A stretch of 64,000 bases of DNA from Pocillopora damicornis (Eukaryota), in the NCBI RefSeq assembly GCF_003704095.1, contig NW_020843379.1, positions 310,001-374,000 of the forward strand, given 5' to 3'. Below the pieces are notes generated by a model. That model saw only the letters and a program-made list of their open reading frames with translations, was not told the origin of the DNA and searched no databases. Numbering within the stretch: position 1 is the stretch's first letter; the number at the start of each line of letters is the position of its first letter. Below, piece after piece: positions 59,371 to 64,000 of the stretch. Both the position numbers and the translations under genes were made by a program.

Positions 59371-61707
59371 ACTTGTTATGGTCTGGTGTAACAACACCTC
59401 TAGCAGCTCTTACCTTTAAGACAATACTGTGTTCAAATTAAAAACCAAGGTAAATCAGATCTCTCAGTCCATATACAGATCTAAAATATCTTAGGTGAAG
59501 ATTTTATTCACAAAAAGGTCCTGTGCTAGAAAATAACACACAACTTCTCTGTCCTACCTCTTGACCATTAGAAAAAGACCAATGTTGCAAATATTGGTAC
59601 CAGTTTTCAGCACCCATGTTTCAATTATACTACTGGCTTTAAGTATGTTCATTTTACTGGATCCTAAATTGTGATTGACTACCCAGATAAGTCACACGGT
59701 CAAAACTTCACTCCACTCATTTCAACTAGCATCATACATCATCAATGAAAATACAAGTATCTAAAGTTGGTGGCTACAATTCAAGCTATCAGTCAGAGTG
59801 TTTTGAAACTTGCAACATGGTTACAAAAATGAACAGAACTTGCAACATTCAAATTACAGAGGAGTGCTATAACAAAAAATTTAAAGAGAGAAAACTAGCA
59901 ATTTTTTTGTCCATTTACCTGTTCTCAATTTTCCCATTGAGGTTGAATCCCATTAAATTCACTGTGTTTGTTTAAATTTAATTGCATTGATTAATATGCT
60001 TATTAAGTAGCTTGAAAATTACAATGTTCCTGCTTAATTATAGTATCAGTTTGAGTTTTTTAACAATTAATATTTTAGTTGGTGGAATCATCACCAAGTG
60101 TCAAGTGCAATGTATCCATTTTCGATTGTATTGAGTGTGTAATATTTATTAGAACACAGTCTTGTTAATTTTGACTGGAGTGTAAATGTAAGTTTTCATA
60201 CAAAGCACAATGCATAGAAGAGCTGGAATGCTTTTGTGATTATTAAACTGTTATCTCACAGCCATATCGTCAGTTTCCTGTTTATTAAATTTCATTGTTT
60301 GTATCCCATTGAAGTTATTCATCTGTAATTTTTACTGCAAGTGTTTTTTTCCTGAGTTACTTATTAATCTTACATGAAAAATTAATCCATACATTATTTT
60401 TGTTTGACTCTTTAATCCCAATAGTGACTTCAGCATATAATTTCCTTTTACAATATCAACCCTGAGACAAATTTGAAAGTCATAAAGGAAATGATTACCA
60501 AATAAAGCAGCTCTTGGTTGTTGAACAAATTCTCCTTATCAGCACCTTAGAAAAATGTTTAAATTATGAAGAAAATACATACATACATAATAATATTTTA
60601 AAACAGAAACTTTTTGTAAGAGAATGAAATTTTGAAGTTAAAGTCTTATCCATTAAAGAATTACATTTTTGCTTTACATAGGATGTCTGACATTGATGCT
60701 TCTGTTTTCTTAATGCAACTTTACTGGAACTGTAACAGTGTAAGGACCACATGAATATGAAGAAAGCTATTGAGCAGATTTGTAATACAAATATCAGTTT
60801 TATTTCAGAGTTCAGAGGTCTAACAATTATATTACAACTCAATAAGTTACCACTTTTAACCTGCTGATTTAATCATTGTCAAGTCATGTAAACTTGACTG
60901 CAATAATTTAATGTATCACATTAAGCAATATTGGCCTAATGTTGGGCATAATGTTTTACTCTGTGACCTTGGTCTTTGGCATGGACAAGAGGAAAACATA
61001 ACTTGGTCATCGCTTCCTGATATAGGCTAACACACCCACATGCCAAATACCATAATGTCACGCAATGTTGGCACAAAATTATTTACCTTTATGACTGTCT
61101 TCATAATAGCTGGAATGGTACTCCTTGTTCAAACAGACATAGGTCATTGCCAATGACATGTTGGCCAAGATGTGATGCAGGAATTTATGGCNNNNNNNNN
61201 NAATATTGTTGCAAGATTGGCATACAAAAATAAATTTTGGTCTCAATATATACCATGACAGTGCAGTAACAAATGGTATACTGAATTCCATTATTCTATG
61301 TAGTTGGCAGATTTGTGTGTCCTTTGAAGCTTGAAGAGACAGAAAATAGTACAAACGCCGATCCAAACTTTCCTGCTCACCACTTTTCAAAGAACAGACC
61401 ACAGCGTACCAAAACATCAAGCCAGCTACACAGGCTAAATTGCATTTACTGGAAGGTTCATCATCTTTCTGCCGTGAACACCGACTGACACCACTGCACA
61501 AACCATTCACACATATCTGATATAAGCTCATGATTCACTCTACCATGTAGCTTTATATGGTCTAATGATAGTTCAGTATCAAATGGCATTGACAAAATCG
61601 CTATGAGACATGTTCAGGCAGCGTTTGCACTCAAGCCTGATTGATTGAGCAACTATTGCAGATCATTAAAAGACGAGTATCCCTGGTAACGAATACCTCA
61701 AGAACAG

Positions 61708-63862
61708 TAAACATGACTTTCTAAATGTCTTTTGTGTCACCAACGTAAAAGAAAGAACGAAATTGTTGGGAAAGGTTCTACAAAGTCCAGAATTTGACGC
61801 AGAAGATGATTTGAGGTCCGGGATACTCGCTGATATTCATTATCACATGTTGGCTTTTACTGTAAACAATGGATATTCATGGCGAGAAGTGACTCTGCTG
61901 TGGGAGGTATTTCAAGATTTATTAAACAAATTTCAAGGTGAGCTATTACCAGGATTGGATGCAGATCAACATAAATACAAATGTCTTGAAAAAGCCATTA
62001 AAAAGACACATATACCCATGTAATCAATACGAATTCCATGTAACATTCATGCTTACTTTCAATTCGTCGATTGATGAATGTTGTCGCTGCCGGTGTCATG
62101 TGCCAACTAACTATGGATACAAGTCTGGTTAAGGTATTAAACACCATTACCTTAGCCACATATCAGCCTTTCTTTTTTTATTGTGATTGACTTTGTGCTC
62201 AATTATCCCAAACTATCTAAACTCATTCACTGTCTTGTGTCTTTGACATGTACAAAATTTAATGTACAAATTCAGGACTTGTCGTATGCAGAACAAATAA
62301 TTTGGTCCTATGCAAGAAATATGTCATCAAAATCTTAGGACTAAAAAAATTATGTAGTTGAATGCTGTAGAAAACAGAATCCAAAGTTCTTGTATAACAT
62401 AAGATCTTGTTGAAACGCTTACAGCTTTGCTTGTGAAAGATCTGATCAGCAAATTTGGAGATTCAATCAAAAGATTTGGACTTGAAGATGGTACATGTTT
62501 TAAATTTTTCTGCGGACCTAAATTTAGTCTTTGCTGAATCATTTATGCGTTTCATTTGGAGCAATATTACACAAAAATCTCCCTTTTTATTCCAAGACTT
62601 AAAGCTAAAGTTATACTGATTGGCTGTAAACCTTCCTGTTAATACTTTTCTGGGAAGTGAAATCTAATGACTTATGTTGCAAAGCAGTTTGTCTGTTTGC
62701 TGTCAAATGATAATGAGGTGCTTTCCTTTTTGATGAGATGTTATTAAAAGAGACATAAGTTGTAGAAAATGATTACATTTAGTCAACCAGAGCTCTCAAG
62801 TCCATTTGCTGGCAAAGAGTGAAATGTCATGGGCATCACCTATGAAGGGTGGGAAGGGAAAGAGGGTATGGGGGCATGTTTCCTCTGAAAATTGTAAAAA
62901 AAAATGAAATAGCCAAGATGTGCATTTCTTTAGTCTGAGAGAGAATTTCTGCTATTGAAAAGTGTGCCAAGTGAGTGCACAGGGAAATTTTATTTGGAAG
63001 GATAACTAATGTTATAGGTACTTTATGAAAGCAGCAGTTTCCTTTCACAAAATATACAGAATAAATTAAAAACCTTAAAGGAGTTAGCAATAATGGCTTT
63101 AGCATGAGAGTGTAAGATTGAATTTGTTTGCATGAGTCTCACAATCAATGCATGAGACTGGAGAGCTCTGAGTCAACTCAACACATTAAGCTGCTACAGC
63201 ATATTTTGCTTTTGTTTCTTTTATTTACCCAGTAATTTAGAGGGGATTCTTCAATTCATGCCATTTATTTTTTAATAGTAACTGTAAATTTTTAGTGGGT
63301 AGGGAGGTTCAATGTAAAAGGAAATGATAGGATTAGGGCTGGTAAAAAAATTTCCAAAGTTAAATATGTTTGTTCTATCTTAGAATAATGTTCACCAACC
63401 AAGTGTCAAGCACAAAAGCAAAATCAAATAGTGGAATTTAATACAATTAAAATTGAGCAACTGTATCTTCAAATGGTTTAAGAACAAAGAGACAATTGTA
63501 ATACTGTAAATAATGCTGTCTCTACTGCCTCAGGTGTAAACTTCACTAGTAACTTCTATTTTTTATCGGGCAAACCCCTTGAGGACACTATGACACTGTT
63601 TAAACAACAGCTCAACAGAATTGCCAATTACTCCTGCAAAACAACCTTAAATCTATGATAGATTTTGTTTTCGTGACATTATTTCAACACCAAAAGCTGT
63701 ATCAATTTGTTCTACATAAGAAAGAGCTGACAATATAATCAAGTGTGAGCTGGTTATTGAGTCTCCCTTGGTTTTAGAACCTATAAGGGATGGTGTAGGA
63801 GTGTTTGGGATGAAGAACAGAGAATTTAACAAATTGAACAGATGGAGTGAAAGTGCCACCAG
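61708..63862 (+). pseudogene. Unprocessed pseudogene fragment of a C8orf74/CABCOCO1 (flagellar C1a-32-like) family gene
   Basis: Exon ending 61937 (EDDLRSGILADIHYHMLAFTVNNGYSWREV...LL, donor g|gtgag). Second exon ~63570-63862 (KPLEDTMTLFKQQL..., MIDFVFVTLFQHQKLYQFVL) has its acceptor mutated to cgg, several frameshifts and stops. Family assignment is from motif recall. Confidence 0.6.
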
Positions 63863-64000
63863 GTTAACTTGACTGTGAATGCAACCATTGACCAGGTAGC
63901 AAGTTAAATTAAGAAGTAATGTTCATTCTAAGAAGTTGTGCTACCTAATTCACCTCAGAACTGTTCTTACTTGAATCAGTCTATTTCAATGTGTATTACG

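Overview
AT-rich, spliced eukaryotic genomic DNA with small N-gaps. The repeat and gene content suggests a cnidarian, probably a stony coral; this is an inference, not a database result. Main content, left to right: (1) a minus-strand gene for an extracellular signal peptide-CUB-Ig-LRRNT-LRR protein (16554 down to at least 2016). Its LRRs are a tandem array of single-repeat, phase-2/phase-2 cassette exons, about half of them decayed. One intron holds a 6-kb TIR element with a perfect 5-bp TSD. (2) An intronless gene with four TSP1 repeats. (3) An intronless, bacterial-looking GT4 glycosyltransferase, a horizontal transfer candidate. (4) A decayed L2/CR1-group LINE. (5) A 30-exon, ~1785-aa Janus-kinase-architecture gene (34379-58767) reconstructed by hand: FERM, SH2, pseudokinase, a ~750-aa acidic Tyr-motif-bearing insert, then an intact tyrosine kinase. 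This is the most striking feature. (6) A C8orf74/CABCOCO1-like pseudogene. Penelope-like fragments, hammerhead-like repeats and MITEs are scattered throughout. All exon models were read manually from GT-AG sites and phase continuity; no searches were run.
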